A stretch of 64,000 nucleotides of DNA from Pirellulales bacterium (GTDB lineage Bacteria; Planctomycetota; Planctomycetia; Pirellulales; UBA1268), in NCBI GenBank assembly GCA_044369655.1, contig JBILWX010000001.1, positions 56,133 through 120,132 of the forward strand, read 5' to 3'. Under the pieces are notes generated by a model. The model was not told where the DNA came from. It saw nothing but the letters and a program-made list of their open reading frames with translations, and did not search any database. The position numbers were made by a program, and so were the translations under genes. This document shows positions 8,639 through 19,250 of the stretch, one piece after another. Position 1 is the stretch's first letter. Each line of letters opens with the position of its first letter.

Positions 8639-10264
8639 ATGAACATGCGAGTGATGGCGATTCTTCTGGCGGTGGGCGTGACCGGGGTGGTGCTCCTGTC
8701 GCCGCGGCGGGGCGCCCGTTCGGAGCCTCCTGCGGCCGCTGCCGTAGCCCAGCCCGGAGCTCAGCCCGTCATTCAGGGGAACGCCCTCTCCCAGGCCGCC
8801 ACGGCGGCGAAGCCTGCGGCGGGAGGTGCCGCCGCGGCCGCGGGCATCCCTGCCCGGCCCGAGCAGATCGTGTTCGCCCCGCTCTCCTTCGATCCCCCCG
8901 CCGCCGCGACCTTTCGCCGCGTGTTGGCCGACGGCACGGTCGTCTACCTGGCGCCGTCGCACGAGTTTCCGCTCGTGAATCTCGTGGTCACGTTCAAGGG
9001 GGGGGCGTCGCTGGATCCGGCCGACGTGCCCGGCCTCGCGTCGATGACCGCCCGCATGGTGCGGGAGGGCGGCACGGCGACGACCGCGCCGGCCGCCTTG
9101 GACGAGTCGCTCGACTTCCTCGCGACGGAGGTCGGCGTGTCGTCCAACGACATGTTCACCGCCGCCACGATGAACTGTCTGAAGAGCAACTTCGACGAAA
9201 GCCTGAAGCTCTTTCTCGACATGCTTCGCACGCCGGCGTTCGACCCGCAGCGGCTGGAGACGGCCCGGGCCCGCGTGCTCGAATCGCTCAAGCAGCGGAA
9301 CGACGACGCCTCTTCGATCCTGTCGCGGGAGTGGAAGCGGCTCGTCTACGGCGCCAACCACTTCGAGGCGACGGAGCCGACCGATCGCACGGTGGCGGCG
9401 ATCTCCCGGGAGCGGCTGGCGGAGATGCATCGCCGGATCTTTCATCCGGGCAACATGATCGTGTCGGTCTCGGGTGACTTCGACGAGCAGGAGATGCTCG
9501 GAAAGCTCGAGAAGGCGATCGCCGGCTGGGAGCGGGGCTCGCCCGTGCCCGATCCCGTCGCCCCCACGGCCGTGCTGGAACCCGGGCTGTACCACGTGCC
9601 GAAGGATATTCCGCAGGGGAAGGTGGTGCTTGGGAGCCGCGCGATCACACGGGATGATCCCGACGCCATTCCCTTCCTGCTGCTCAACGAGATACTCGGT
9701 GCGGGCGGCTTTACCAGCCGGCTGATGCAGCAGGTGCGGAGCAACGAGGGGCTCGCCTATTCGGTGCGGTCGGCGCTGACTCCGCGCGTGGCCTACCCGG
9801 GCGACTTTCGCGCCGGCTTCGAAAGCAAGAACGCGACGGTGGCGCTCGCCGCCAAGATCGTGATGGAACAGATCGAAAAGATGCGGGCCGAACTCGTCAC
9901 CGACGACGAGTTGGAGACGGCCAAGGCGAGCTTGATCGAGACCTTTCCGCGACAGTTCGAAAGCCGGCCGCAGATGCTGCGGGTGTTCGTCAACGACGAG
10001 TGGACGAAGCGTCCGCAGGACTACTGGAAGACGTTCCGTGACAAGGTGCGGGCCGTGACCCGCGAGGATCTCAAGCGGGTGGCCCAGAAGCACCTCGACC
10101 CGGCGAAGATGGCGATCCTCGTGGTGGGCGATTGGGAAAACATCGCCGCGGGCGACCTGGAAAAGCGGGCCAGCATGAACGACTTCTTCGGCGGCAGGGT
10201 GAAGCATCTGCCGCTCCGCGATCCGCTGACGCTCGAACCGCTGCCGGAGAAGACGGAAAAATGA
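8639..10264 (+). CDS. M16 family peptidase, non-catalytic partner (no HxxEH)
   Basis: Signal peptide ([20 protein letters not shown]) and M16 N- and C-domain similarity, but no HxxEH motif. It directly follows the catalytic paralog. Confidence 0.85.
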   Translation: MNMRVMAILLAVGVTGVVLLSPRRGARSEPPAAAAVAQPGAQPVIQGNALSQAATAAKPAAGGAAAAAGIPARPEQIVFAPLSFDPPAAATFRRVLADGTVVYLAPSHEFPLVNLVVTFKGGASLDPADVPGLASMTARMVREGGTATTAPAALDESLDFLATEVGVSSNDMFTAATMNCLKSNFDESLKLFLDMLRTPAFDPQRLETARARVLESLKQRNDDASSILSREWKRLVYGANHFEATEPTDRTVAAISRERLAEMHRRIFHPGNMIVSVSGDFDEQEMLGKLEKAIAGWERGSPVPDPVAPTAVLEPGLYHVPKDIPQGKVVLGSRAITRDDPDAIPFLLLNEILGAGGFTSRLMQQVRSNEGLAYSVRSALTPRVAYPGDFRAGFESKNATVALAAKIVMEQIEKMRAELVTDDELETAKASLIETFPRQFESRPQMLRVFVNDEWTKRPQDYWKTFRDKVRAVTREDLKRVAQKHLDPAKMAILVVGDWENIAAGDLEKRASMNDFFGGRVKHLPLRDPLTLEPLPEKTEK

Positions 10265-10587
10265 TCTTGTCCATACGAACAAGAACGCGTGTGGTCGTCG
10301 GCGTCGTATCGGGAGTGCTGTGCGCGGCCGTCGTGCAGGCCCAGCCGCCTGCGCCACTGGCGGACGTGCCGGCAGTGCCGATGCCCGAGCCCGGGGACGC
10401 CCCGCAGCCGACGGTGATCCCGCCTCGGAACACCGGCCCCGCCGCCAGGTCGCACTCGCGGTATCGCCGCGGCCGGCACGGCAGCACCCGGATCATTCGC
10501 CGTACCCCCGAGGTGATGCGGGAGGATGCGGCCCGTGTGAAGCGGGGCGACCTCTTCAGCACCTGGTCGAACGCATATCTGGAGTGA
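10261..10587 (+). CDS. Small secreted hypothetical protein
   Basis: ATGA overlap with the upstream stop. Signal-like N-terminus ([17 protein letters not shown]). Confidence 0.45.
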   Translation: MILSIRTRTRVVVGVVSGVLCAAVVQAQPPAPLADVPAVPMPEPGDAPQPTVIPPRNTGPAARSHSRYRRGRHGSTRIIRRTPEVMREDAARVKRGDLFSTWSNAYLE

Positions 10588-10763
10588 CACAGGCCGCACG
10601 TGGGACTCAAGCGTGTTGGTTCGGGGATGCCCACGCCAGCCCGGGGGGCACGCAAGGAATCCGACCGCAACTCGCAGCGGCGGTGGCCGTTGAAATCGAG
10701 GAGACGAATCCGTTCGAAACTGTTCGATCTGCCTCTTTCTCTGCCTCTTTCAAGGAGCCCGTG

Positions 10764-11249
10764 ATGAGACGCATGCTGGGAATCGCAAGGGTGGCCGCCG
10801 TGGTGGCGATTGCCACCACGCTGGGGACGGTTTCCGTGGCCCAGCCGCCGGACCGGCCGGAGGGGCCTCCCGATCGTGAGGGCCGGGCCGAAGGCCGGGA
10901 GGCTCGTGAAGACCGGAGGCCGGGCGGTGCTCGCGAGGGACGTGCCGGCCCTGGAGGTGTCCGCGAGGGACGCGGTGGGCCCGGTGGGCCACGCGAGGGT
11001 CGCGGCGGTCCGGGTGGGCCACCGTCGCCCGAGCGGTTCGTCGAACACGCCATGAAGTTCGATGCCGACGGCGATGGCAAACTCGACCGCGGCGAATTGA
11101 CCAAGTTCGCGGAGGAGATCCAGCGGATGCGCGGCGGGGCGGGCGGCCGGGGCGGCCCCGGCGGGCGTGGCCCCGGTGGCCCTGGTGGGTTTGGCGGCCC
11201 GGATGGACCGAGTGGTGGCGGCGGTGCGAGGCCGCCGGTGCCGGAATAA
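10764..11249 (+). CDS. Secreted EF-hand calcium-binding protein with Gly/Pro/Arg-rich repeats
   Basis: Signal peptide, canonical EF loop [12 protein letters not shown], and three REGRxGPGG repeats. Confidence 0.65.
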   Translation: MRRMLGIARVAAVVAIATTLGTVSVAQPPDRPEGPPDREGRAEGREAREDRRPGGAREGRAGPGGVREGRGGPGGPREGRGGPGGPPSPERFVEHAMKFDADGDGKLDRGELTKFAEEIQRMRGGAGGRGGPGGRGPGGPGGFGGPDGPSGGGGARPPVPE

Positions 11250-11277
11250 GGGGCGGTCCGCGGCACGGCCGTGCGGT

Positions 11278-12366
11278 ATGCTCCTCGGGACCATGTCCAT
11301 CGCCCTCCCCGCTCGCCCGGCTGAAGCCCACGCTCTCGATCTCGCCCGCGTCCTGGTGGACGCAGATGGCCGTGCGCCCGTTGGCATGCGGGTGATCTGT
11401 ACGACCGCCGGCCGAGGACAGGCGGCGTTCGAACTGGCCGCGGCGTATCCCGCCGCCGAGGTCACCGTCTGGTTCCTGGACCTCTTTCCCCGGGCGGCGG
11501 CGGTTGCGGCCTGGGAGTCGCCGCCGCCGGGTCTGCACGCCGTCTGCGCGGCCGACATGCCTCCGGGTCCCTACGATCTCGCCGTCGTGCCGCTGTCGAA
11601 AAACGGCGAGGCAGAGCTATCGCGAGATATTCTCCAGTCGGCCTTCCTGCAGCTGGCGATCGGCGGCCGGCTCGTGGCGGCGATCGACAATGCCCAGGAC
11701 AACTGGCTCCGCGAGCAGCTGGCGGAGACGGGCGAGACGGTCCGCGTGCGGCCGGCCGCAGCCGGCGACACCGTGGCCTACATCGTGGAGAAGACCCGCG
11801 AGCCGACGAAGGTCAGGGACTTTTCGTGCGAGTTCGTCTTTCGCGACCGCGACCGGCTGCTCACGGCCGTGACCCGGCCGGGGGTCTTTGCCCACCGGCG
11901 AATCGACCCCGGTGCCCGCCATCTCCTGAACGCCGTCGATGTCGCGGCCGACACCCGGGTGGTCGACATCGGCTGCGGCTCTGGCTGCGTGGCGATGGGA
12001 TTGGCCGCCCGTGACCCGAGCGTGCACGTGCATGCCTTCGATGCGGCGGCCCGCGCCGTGGAGTGCACGCGGCGGGGAGCGGCCATCAACGGCCTCGACA
12101 ACCTGACCGTGGCGCTCGAATGCGAAGGCAACGTGCCAGAGCCCGGCAGCTACGATCTGGCGCTGGCCAATCCGCCCTACTACTCCGACTTCCGCATCGC
12201 GGAACTCTTCGTGGAGGCAGCCCATCGGGCGCTGGCCCCGGGTGGGACGCTGCTGATCGTGACCAAGCAGCCCACCTGGTATGTCGAGAACCTGCCGGGG
12301 TCGTGGCGGGATGTGGCCCGGGAGACGGTGAAGAACTACCACCTCATCGAGGCCGTGCGAGAGTAG
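11278..12366 (+). CDS. Class I SAM-dependent methyltransferase, RsmC/RlmG-like (rRNA m2G type)
   Basis: VVDIGCGSGCVAMGLA SAM-binding motif and the LALANPPYY (NPPY) catalytic motif. Two-lobed architecture. Confidence 0.75.
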   Translation: MLLGTMSIALPARPAEAHALDLARVLVDADGRAPVGMRVICTTAGRGQAAFELAAAYPAAEVTVWFLDLFPRAAAVAAWESPPPGLHAVCAADMPPGPYDLAVVPLSKNGEAELSRDILQSAFLQLAIGGRLVAAIDNAQDNWLREQLAETGETVRVRPAAAGDTVAYIVEKTREPTKVRDFSCEFVFRDRDRLLTAVTRPGVFAHRRIDPGARHLLNAVDVAADTRVVDIGCGSGCVAMGLAARDPSVHVHAFDAAARAVECTRRGAAINGLDNLTVALECEGNVPEPGSYDLALANPPYYSDFRIAELFVEAAHRALAPGGTLLIVTKQPTWYVENLPGSWRDVARETVKNYHLIEAVRE

Positions 12367-12414
12367 CGGGTGAGTGCCTGGTGCTGCGGGCTCGGATGAA
12401 CGACCAACACGTCC

Positions 12415-13548
12415 CTACTGGTTGACGTGCACGACCTTTGCCGGCGGAAACCCGTTGAAGTGGGTGGAGCTGGCGGCGGAGTAGGCGCCGATGTTCTCGC
12501 TGTAGAGATACTCACCGAGTTCCAGGTCGGGGAGCTGCTCCGCGAGGCTGATCGTGTCGAGCGCGTCGCAGGTGGGGCCGAAGACGGCGCAGATCTGCGT
12601 GGCCCCCTTCTTGAAACTCTTCATGTGGTAGGTGCAGTGGTCGAAGATCACGCCCGAGTAGGTGTGGTAGACGCCGTCGTTCACGTAGTAGCAGAGCTTC
12701 TCGTTCCGGACCGCCTTGCCGATGATCTTGGAGACGGCGGTGCCCGCCGAGGCCACCAGGAACCGCCCCGGCTCCGCGAGGATCTCGATGTCCTTGGGGA
12801 ACAGGCGGTTGAGTTCATGGTTGATCTTCTTGGCCAGGTCGCCGAACTTCGGCACGCTCGCGTCGTAGGCCGCGGGGAAACCGCCGCCGATGTCGAGCAG
12901 CTTGAGGGTGAATCCGCGGGATTTCGCCTCGGCGAAGATGCTGGCACAGAGGTGGATCGCCTGAATGTAGTTCTCGGGATTCGTGCACTGGCTGCCGACA
13001 TGGAACGAGAGGCCCTCGACGGTGAGGCCGTGGTCGTGGGCGTAGGCGATCAGCTCCACCGCCTCGCCCGGCAGCGCGCCGAACTTGCTCGACAGCTCCA
13101 CCATCGAGCCGGTGTTGGGCACCCGCAGCCGCAGGGCGAGGCCGGCGTGGGGCGCGTGCTTGGCGATCTTCTTGACCTCTTCGTGGTTGTCGTAGGTGAC
13201 GAGCGGCTTGTAGCGGTCGAGTTCCTCGAGCGTTTCGACCGGCTTGATCGGGTTGGCGTAGATGATCTTGTCCCAGATGAAATCCTGCCGCTGCTTCGCC
13301 GGCAGCTTGGCGATGTTCTGATGGACCGTGTGAAACTCCTGCATGCTCGCCACGTCGAAGCTGCCGCCGAGTTCGTAGAACGTTTTGACGATCGCAGGGT
13401 CGCTATTGACCTTCACGGCGTAATAGATCTGCACCCGCGGGAAATGCTTGCGGAACACCGCGTAGTTCTTGCGGAGTTCGTCGTGGTCGACGACGAACAG
13501 CGGCGTGCCGTGCTTCTTGGCGAGGGCGAGCAGTTCTTTTGGCGTCAT
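12415..13548 (-). CDS. Type III PLP-dependent ornithine/basic amino acid decarboxylase
   Basis: MTPKELLALAKKHGTPLFVVD N-terminus, YAVKVN Lys motif, GGGFP, and the overall ODC/DapDC fold signature. An alternative in-frame ATG at 13698 would add 50 aa of a PAPLS repeat (see findings). Confidence 0.85.
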   Translation of the reverse strand: MTPKELLALAKKHGTPLFVVDHDELRKNYAVFRKHFPRVQIYYAVKVNSDPAIVKTFYELGGSFDVASMQEFHTVHQNIAKLPAKQRQDFIWDKIIYANPIKPVETLEELDRYKPLVTYDNHEEVKKIAKHAPHAGLALRLRVPNTGSMVELSSKFGALPGEAVELIAYAHDHGLTVEGLSFHVGSQCTNPENYIQAIHLCASIFAEAKSRGFTLKLLDIGGGFPAAYDASVPKFGDLAKKINHELNRLFPKDIEILAEPGRFLVASAGTAVSKIIGKAVRNEKLCYYVNDGVYHTYSGVIFDHCTYHMKSFKKGATQICAVFGPTCDALDTISLAEQLPDLELGEYLYSENIGAYSAASSTHFNGFPPAKVVHVNQ

Positions 13549-13598
13549 GGGTTCGTCCGTGGATCGCGGATCAGGAGGTCTCTTGGGTTCAGATCTCG

Positions 13599-13691
13599 GG
13601 GGTGCAGGGCTCAGGGGTGCAGGGCTCAGGGGTGCAGGGCTCAGGGGTGCAGGGCTCAGGGGTGCAGGGCTCAGGGGTGCAGGGCTCAGGG
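13599..13691. repeat. Perfect 15-bp tandem repeat, 6 copies, unit GGGGTGCAGGGCTCA
   Basis: Read directly: units start at 13599, 13614, 13629, 13644, 13659 and 13674, followed by a partial GGG. It lies between hss and the decarboxylase and is in frame with the decarboxylase ORF. Confidence 0.95.
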
Positions 13692-13825
13692 ACGGCATGA
13701 GTTTCCTCGCTACGGCAGGATAGCCTCATGCTCGGAATCCTCATGCCGATCCCTTCGCCAGTCCGTGGTGGGGCCGGTGGTGGAGCCCGTGGTGGGCTAA
13801 GGGAATCCACGCGATCCGCATGTGT

Positions 13826-15286
13826 TCAGTCGCCGTCGGTCAACAGAAAATTCTTGAACTGCCACGGGTCGGCGGGGTCGATCTGTGGACGATTGTAGCC
13901 GTGGAAGGCGTTCGAGTAGTGCTTGAGCGGCGTCCAGTCGGAGTCCACGGAGATGAACTTGCCCAGATAGGGCTTCGCGATACCCAGGACGTAGTCGTGC
14001 GGCAGGTCGTCGGGGAGGTGCACGCCGCGGTCGGGATGCTCGATCATCCACATGCAGGCGGCCACCACCGAGATGGCGACCTGCATGGTGGTGGCGTTTT
14101 GATGCGGCACGAGCCGTCGTGACTCCTCGATCGACAGGTCGCTCCCGCACCACCAGGAGTGGAACGGGTGGCCCATGACGAGTGCGCCCAGGGCGTCGGA
14201 GCCGCTGGTGATCTCGTCGGTCATGATCCGGATCCGCGGCTGGAGGCGGTAATCGTTGCCGCGGAGTTCCCAGAGGCTGGCGATCGCCGCGTCGCACGGG
14301 CAGTAGGCATAGTGCACCGTGGGCCGGTAGATCGTCTTCCCGCCGGCGTCGCGAACCGACAGCTTTTCGGTGATGCTGAAGGCCTCGCCGTGGCGGACGA
14401 CCATGCCCACGATCGTGGACCCGGGCACCCAGCTCACCACCGACGTGTTCATCCCCATGCGGGCCAGGCAGATCTGGCTCTGCGGGCCGTCGGCGTGTTG
14501 GTAGGCGAACGGGGGCAGTTCCTTCTCGTGCGTGCCCCAGCCCATTTCCGCAGTCGTCGTGCCCTCTTCGCGGAAGCCCTCCACGCTCCAGGTGTTGACG
14601 AACTCGTCGACCTCCTTCGGCCGGTTGGTGATCTGCGTGTCGCGCTCGCTGCAGTGGATCACCTTCACTCCCAGCTCGTGGGCGAGGTGGTTGAAGGCGA
14701 GGCTCTTGGCGTGGTGGCCGATCCGCTCCGCCTGTTCGCCCGAGAACTTCTTCTCTTCCAGGCACCTGGCGGCGATGTCGAGCAGGGCGTGCTTGGTGAA
14801 GTGGCTGATGAGCCCCGGGTTGGCGCCGTGCTCCAGCACGGCGGTCGGGCCTGGCGAGGCCCAGCCGGCCATCTGGCGGCGAAGGTTCATGTGCCGCCAG
14901 TAGAGCGTGAGGTGCGTGGGGTGGGCCCCCTTCGCATGCTCGTAGGGATCCCAGAGCTCGACCGACGTGTTGAGATAGAGCACGCCGTGGTCGTGGCACC
15001 ACTGCACGATCTCGCAGCAGTCGATGTTCCACGCGAGGTCGATGAGCAGATCGCCCGCGGAGAGGTGCTTGCCGAGGAGCGATCCCAGGTTCTCCGCCGT
15101 CACCTTGTCGCGGACGAACGCGACGCCCTTGTCGGTCCACGGGCGCAGCGCCGCCTCGTTGGGCTCGAAGTCGAGGATCGTGATGCTGCGCGGATCGACC
15201 TTGATGTGGTCGAGAAGAATCGGCAGCGTGCAGCGGGCGACGGCACCGAAGCCGACGAAGAGAATGCGTTTGTTGAAAGACACCAT
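13826..15286 (-). CDS. hss: Homospermidine synthase
   Basis: KRILFVGFGAVARCTLP Rossmann start, VFVNTWSVEGF, QNATTMQV and DPWQFKNFLL match bacterial HSS. I trimmed the ORF to MVSFNKR. Confidence 0.9.
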   Translation of the reverse strand: MVSFNKRILFVGFGAVARCTLPILLDHIKVDPRSITILDFEPNEAALRPWTDKGVAFVRDKVTAENLGSLLGKHLSAGDLLIDLAWNIDCCEIVQWCHDHGVLYLNTSVELWDPYEHAKGAHPTHLTLYWRHMNLRRQMAGWASPGPTAVLEHGANPGLISHFTKHALLDIAARCLEEKKFSGEQAERIGHHAKSLAFNHLAHELGVKVIHCSERDTQITNRPKEVDEFVNTWSVEGFREEGTTTAEMGWGTHEKELPPFAYQHADGPQSQICLARMGMNTSVVSWVPGSTIVGMVVRHGEAFSITEKLSVRDAGGKTIYRPTVHYAYCPCDAAIASLWELRGNDYRLQPRIRIMTDEITSGSDALGALVMGHPFHSWWCGSDLSIEESRRLVPHQNATTMQVAISVVAACMWMIEHPDRGVHLPDDLPHDYVLGIAKPYLGKFISVDSDWTPLKHYSNAFHGYNRPQIDPADPWQFKNFLLTDGD

Positions 15287-15430
15287 CGTTGGGGAAAGGA
15301 TCCTCTGGGACTGCTCGGAAACACTCGTGTGGTGGGGCGACGGCCGGGGTTCGGGCGGTCGGACGGCCGCGGCAGTATATCGAAACTGCTGCGGTGGACA
15401 GAACCGCCCATTCGCGGGCACCATTCTACG

Positions 15431-15814
15431 ATGCACCACGCCATTCAGTTCGCTCTGGTCGGTCTCGCCGGCGCTGCGGGAACGCTGCTGCGGTGGGGCT
15501 GTACGACTCTGGCCACGCGGCTCTGTGGAGTCGGGTTTCCCTGGGGCACGCTGGCGGCGAACGTGGTCGGATCGTTCGCGTTCGGCGCGATCATGGGCTG
15601 GATACGCTCGCGGGATGCGGTGCCCGGGAACCCGGAAACGATCCTGCTCGTGGGCCTGCTCGGCGGCTTCACGACCTATTCGAGCTACGCGTTCCAGTCG
15701 TTCGAGCTCGTGGATGGGGGCCGCCCGCTCGCGGCGGCTGCGTATGTCATCGGCACGAACGTCGCGGCGCTGCTCGCCGTCTGGGCGGGCCTGCGGATCG
15801 CAGGCGGGCCGTGA
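15431..15814 (+). CDS. crcB: Fluoride ion channel CrcB/FluC
   Basis: 127-aa four-helix protein with GTLAANVVGSF and GGFTTYSS(Y)A motifs. Confidence 0.85.
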   Translation: MHHAIQFALVGLAGAAGTLLRWGCTTLATRLCGVGFPWGTLAANVVGSFAFGAIMGWIRSRDAVPGNPETILLVGLLGGFTTYSSYAFQSFELVDGGRPLAAAAYVIGTNVAALLAVWAGLRIAGGP

Positions 15815-15825
15815 CTGCCCGACTC

Positions 15826-16744
<919 letters not shown>

Positions 16745-16918
16745 CAAAGTCGGATGAAAATCCGGGCCGGGAACAAAATTCACCTCGGCATACCAACGGG
16801 GCCCGTCAGTCCAGCCTTCGGCAACTCCCGGCACGTTGAAAACGTGCCGCCACGGGAGATAGGCACAGCCGTGCCGAGGAGGGATGCGCCCATCCCCGTT
16901 GAAATCTGCGAAAACGAA

Positions 16919-16991
16919 TCGGGGCGGAGAGATTCGAACTCTCGACCTCCTGGTCCCAAACCAGGCGCGCTGCCAACTGCGCTACGCCCCG
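16919..16991 (-). tRNA. tRNA-Pro (anticodon UGG)
   Basis: The reverse complement folds as a cloverleaf: acceptor CGGGGCG/CGCCCCG, anticodon stem CCTGG/CCAGG with loop TTTGGGA, T-arm GAGAG-TTCGAAT-CTCTC. 73 nt; CCA is not encoded. Confidence 0.9.
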
Positions 16992-17052
16992 ATGGCAGGC
17001 CCACGGATGGCAGGCCTGCGATGAGGAGAGTCTACCGCATCGGGGACCGGAG

Positions 17053-18108
17053 TCACTCCGCCAAATGCTCGAACAGCCGCTGGAATTCGTCGAGATTCGC
17101 GAATGGGATCACGATTCGGCCCGCCCCCTTGCCGTTGGCGTGCACCACCACCTTCACGCCCAAGGCCCGCCGCAGGTCGTTTTCCACGGCCACGGTCTGG
17201 CTGGAACGCTTCGTGGCCGGGCGGCCCGGCTTTCGTTTCGTCGCCGTGCCGGCGGTCGTGGTGGAGCCTCCTCCGACGGACTGCCCGCCGCCCTCGTCGC
17301 CCAGCGCGTCATCTTCGGAGAGGTCGTCGGCCCGGAGGATCTCGGCCACCTCCGCTTCGATCGTGCGGACGGAGAGTCCGTCCGACGCGATGCGATCGGC
17401 CAGGCGGGACTGCTCCTCTTCGTCGCCCAGCGGCAGAAGCGCCCGCGCGTGGCCCATCGAGATCGCGCCCGATCGCAGCCGCTGCTGCACCGCCTCGGGC
17501 AGTTCGAGCAACCGGATCAGGTTGGCCACGGTGGAGCGGTCGATCGAAAGCCGCTTGGCGAGCTCGTCCTGCGTGCCGCCCCAGGCGGAAAGATACTGCT
17601 TGAAGCTCGCCGCTTTCTCCAGCGGGTCGAGGTCGCGACGCTGGAGGTTCTCGACGATGGCGATCTCCGACATCTGCCGGTCGTCGACCTCGAGCACCCG
17701 GACGGGCACCTTGCCCCAGCCCAGCCGCCGTGCGGCGAAGAGCCGACGCTGTCCCGCGATGAGCTGGTAGCGGTCGCCATACGCCCGCACCACGATCGGC
17801 TGCACGAGCCCGTGCTCCCGCAGGCTGTTGGCCAGCTCGACCAGATCGGTGTCGTTGACCACGCTCCGCGGCTGCCACGGATTGGGGTCGATGAGCCCCT
17901 CGGCGATTTCGCTCGTGGGCAGCGAAGCGGCGGCCTGCTCCAACTCCTCGGGCTTGTGCAGGATCAGGCGGGCGGCACCGGCGCCAAGTTCCGGGCGGGC
18001 GGGCTGCGCGGCGACGGCCGCACTGCCGTGTGTCACCGGCGCGGGGTCGATTCCGGCCCGACCCAGCAGCGCCTCCAGCCCACGGCCCAAGCGTCGTTCC
18101 TTACTCAC
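17053..18108 (-). CDS. parB: Chromosome partitioning protein ParB
   Basis: A GTG start gives VSKERRLGRGLEALL. Also IVENLQRRDLDPLE and an HTH. It overlaps the parA stop by 8 nt. Confidence 0.9.
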   Translation of the reverse strand: MSKERRLGRGLEALLGRAGIDPAPVTHGSAAVAAQPARPELGAGAARLILHKPEELEQAAASLPTSEIAEGLIDPNPWQPRSVVNDTDLVELANSLREHGLVQPIVVRAYGDRYQLIAGQRRLFAARRLGWGKVPVRVLEVDDRQMSEIAIVENLQRRDLDPLEKAASFKQYLSAWGGTQDELAKRLSIDRSTVANLIRLLELPEAVQQRLRSGAISMGHARALLPLGDEEEQSRLADRIASDGLSVRTIEAEVAEILRADDLSEDDALGDEGGGQSVGGGSTTTAGTATKRKPGRPATKRSSQTVAVENDLRRALGVKVVVHANGKGAGRIVIPFANLDEFQRLFEHLAE

Positions 18109-18880
18109 AGTCGCGTACCTCCATGCACAGTTCCGTGTAGGCCCGCGCTCCTCGTGAGCGCGGGGCGTAATCGAGCACACTCTGCGCGTGGCTGGGCGCC
18201 TCCGAGACGGCCACGTCGCGCGGGATCACCGTCTCGAAGACGATCTCCCCAAAAAAATCCCTGACCTCGGACTCGACCTCCGCCGTCAGTTCGAGCGCGG
18301 CGTCGTGCATCGTGAGCACGATCCCGCTGAACCGGAGCCGGCCGGGCCGTTCGGCCATCACGTCGCGGATCACCTCGATCATCTGGGTGAGTCCCTCGAG
18401 CGCGAAGTATTCGCATTGAATGGGCATCAGCACCTCGGTGCTCCCGGCCAGCGCGGTTCGCGTCAGTTCGCCGACGCTCGGCGGGCAGTCGATGAGGCAA
18501 TAGTCCCAGGCATTGAGCCCGCGGGCGAGATGGTTTTCGAGCACCATCGACCCGCTCCTCGCCTCGGCTGCGATCCGCTCGACGTCGCGGACACTACGGC
18601 TGCCGGGGATGATGGAGAGATTGGGGACCCCGGTTTCCACCACGGCTTCGCAGAGCGGAGCCTCCGACACGAGCGGATGCGTCGGGGCCGGGGCGGCACC
18701 GAAGCCCGTTGTGGCATTGCACTGAGGGTCGAGATCCAGCAGGAGCGTGCGGAGTCCGCCGCGGGCCAGGCCGGCCGCCAGGTTGGAGGCGGTCGTCGTC
18801 TTGCCCACTCCCCCCTTCTGGTTTGCCACGCAGAGAATCCTTCCCACGCACACATCCCTTCCAAACGACAGCGCACGCAC
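18101..18880 (-). CDS. parA: Chromosome partitioning ATPase ParA/Soj
   Basis: Deviant Walker A motif VANQKGGVGKTTT with ParA-family similarity throughout. Confidence 0.9.
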   Translation of the reverse strand: MRALSFGRDVCVGRILCVANQKGGVGKTTTASNLAAGLARGGLRTLLLDLDPQCNATTGFGAAPAPTHPLVSEAPLCEAVVETGVPNLSIIPGSRSVRDVERIAAEARSGSMVLENHLARGLNAWDYCLIDCPPSVGELTRTALAGSTEVLMPIQCEYFALEGLTQMIEVIRDVMAERPGRLRFSGIVLTMHDAALELTAEVESEVRDFFGEIVFETVIPRDVAVSEAPSHAQSVLDYAPRSRGARAYTELCMEVRDCE

Positions 18881-18927
18881 AACGCGTGCCCTCGGAATAT
18901 CGGCAGCAACCGGCCCGGCATGGACGT

Positions 18928-18943
18928 GGTTTCACGCGAAACC
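18928..18943. promoter_or_regulatory. parS-like site GGTTTCACGCGAAACC (13/14 of the core)
   Basis: One central mismatch relative to the canonical core GTTTCACGTGAAAC. It lies 48 bp upstream of the parA start. Confidence 0.6.
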
Positions 18944-18973
18944 GCCCTTGCTTCCCAGGTTGCCCATCCTGCC

Positions 18974-18989
18974 GGTTTCACGTGAAACC
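18974..18989. promoter_or_regulatory. parS site GGTTTCACGTGAAACC (perfect 14-bp core)
   Basis: Exact match to the conserved palindromic core GTTTCACGTGAAAC of chromosomal parS. Confidence 0.8.
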
Positions 18990-19019
18990 TATGCGGCCTG
19001 GGTGGTAGTGGCCTGGGGC

Positions 19020-19163
19020 GGTTCGGGGCTGCCCATGCCCCTTCGCCGGATGTTCGCTTTCGCCCTCCGGGCTGTCGCTCACTCGATGCTGACTGCGCTC
19101 CGGCATCCTGCCTGCGCTGGTCAGCAACGCCGGCTCTCGGGGCATGGGCAGCCCCTCACGGAT
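19020..19163. repeat. ~144-bp self-complementary repeat element, left copy
   Basis: GGGGCTGCCCATGCCCC (19025-19041) is the exact reverse complement of GGGGCATGGGCAGCCCC (19139-19155). The whole element recurs reverse-complemented at 20711-20852. Confidence 0.8.
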
Positions 19164-19250
19164 TCCGCAAGGCAGAAGGGCGGCGCCAGGCTCGTGCGCC
19201 AGGCAAGGCAAGGTCGGCAGGAAGCCGAGCCTTGCCGTGAAACCGTCTCG

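Noticed and set aside
15287-15430. Possible fluoride (crcB-motif) riboswitch upstream of crcB
   Set aside because: The region has AAACTGC and TTCTAC fragments. It lacks the conserved GGCGATG...TCGCC P1 stem and the CTAATGA/CTGATG element, so I could not draw the pseudoknot. A covariance-model scan (Rfam RF01734) would settle it.
16745-16918. attachment-site direct repeat of the tRNA-Pro 3' end that would delimit an island
   Set aside because: No partial copy of TCGGGGCGGAGAGATTCGAAC was found by eye between crcB and the tRNA. No integrase is present.
18881-19250. Replication origin (DnaA boxes) next to parAB
   Set aside because: I saw no TTATCCACA-type boxes or AT-rich unwinding element in this or the neighbouring intergenic regions I read. 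The parS sites alone do not define oriC. A PWM scan would be needed.
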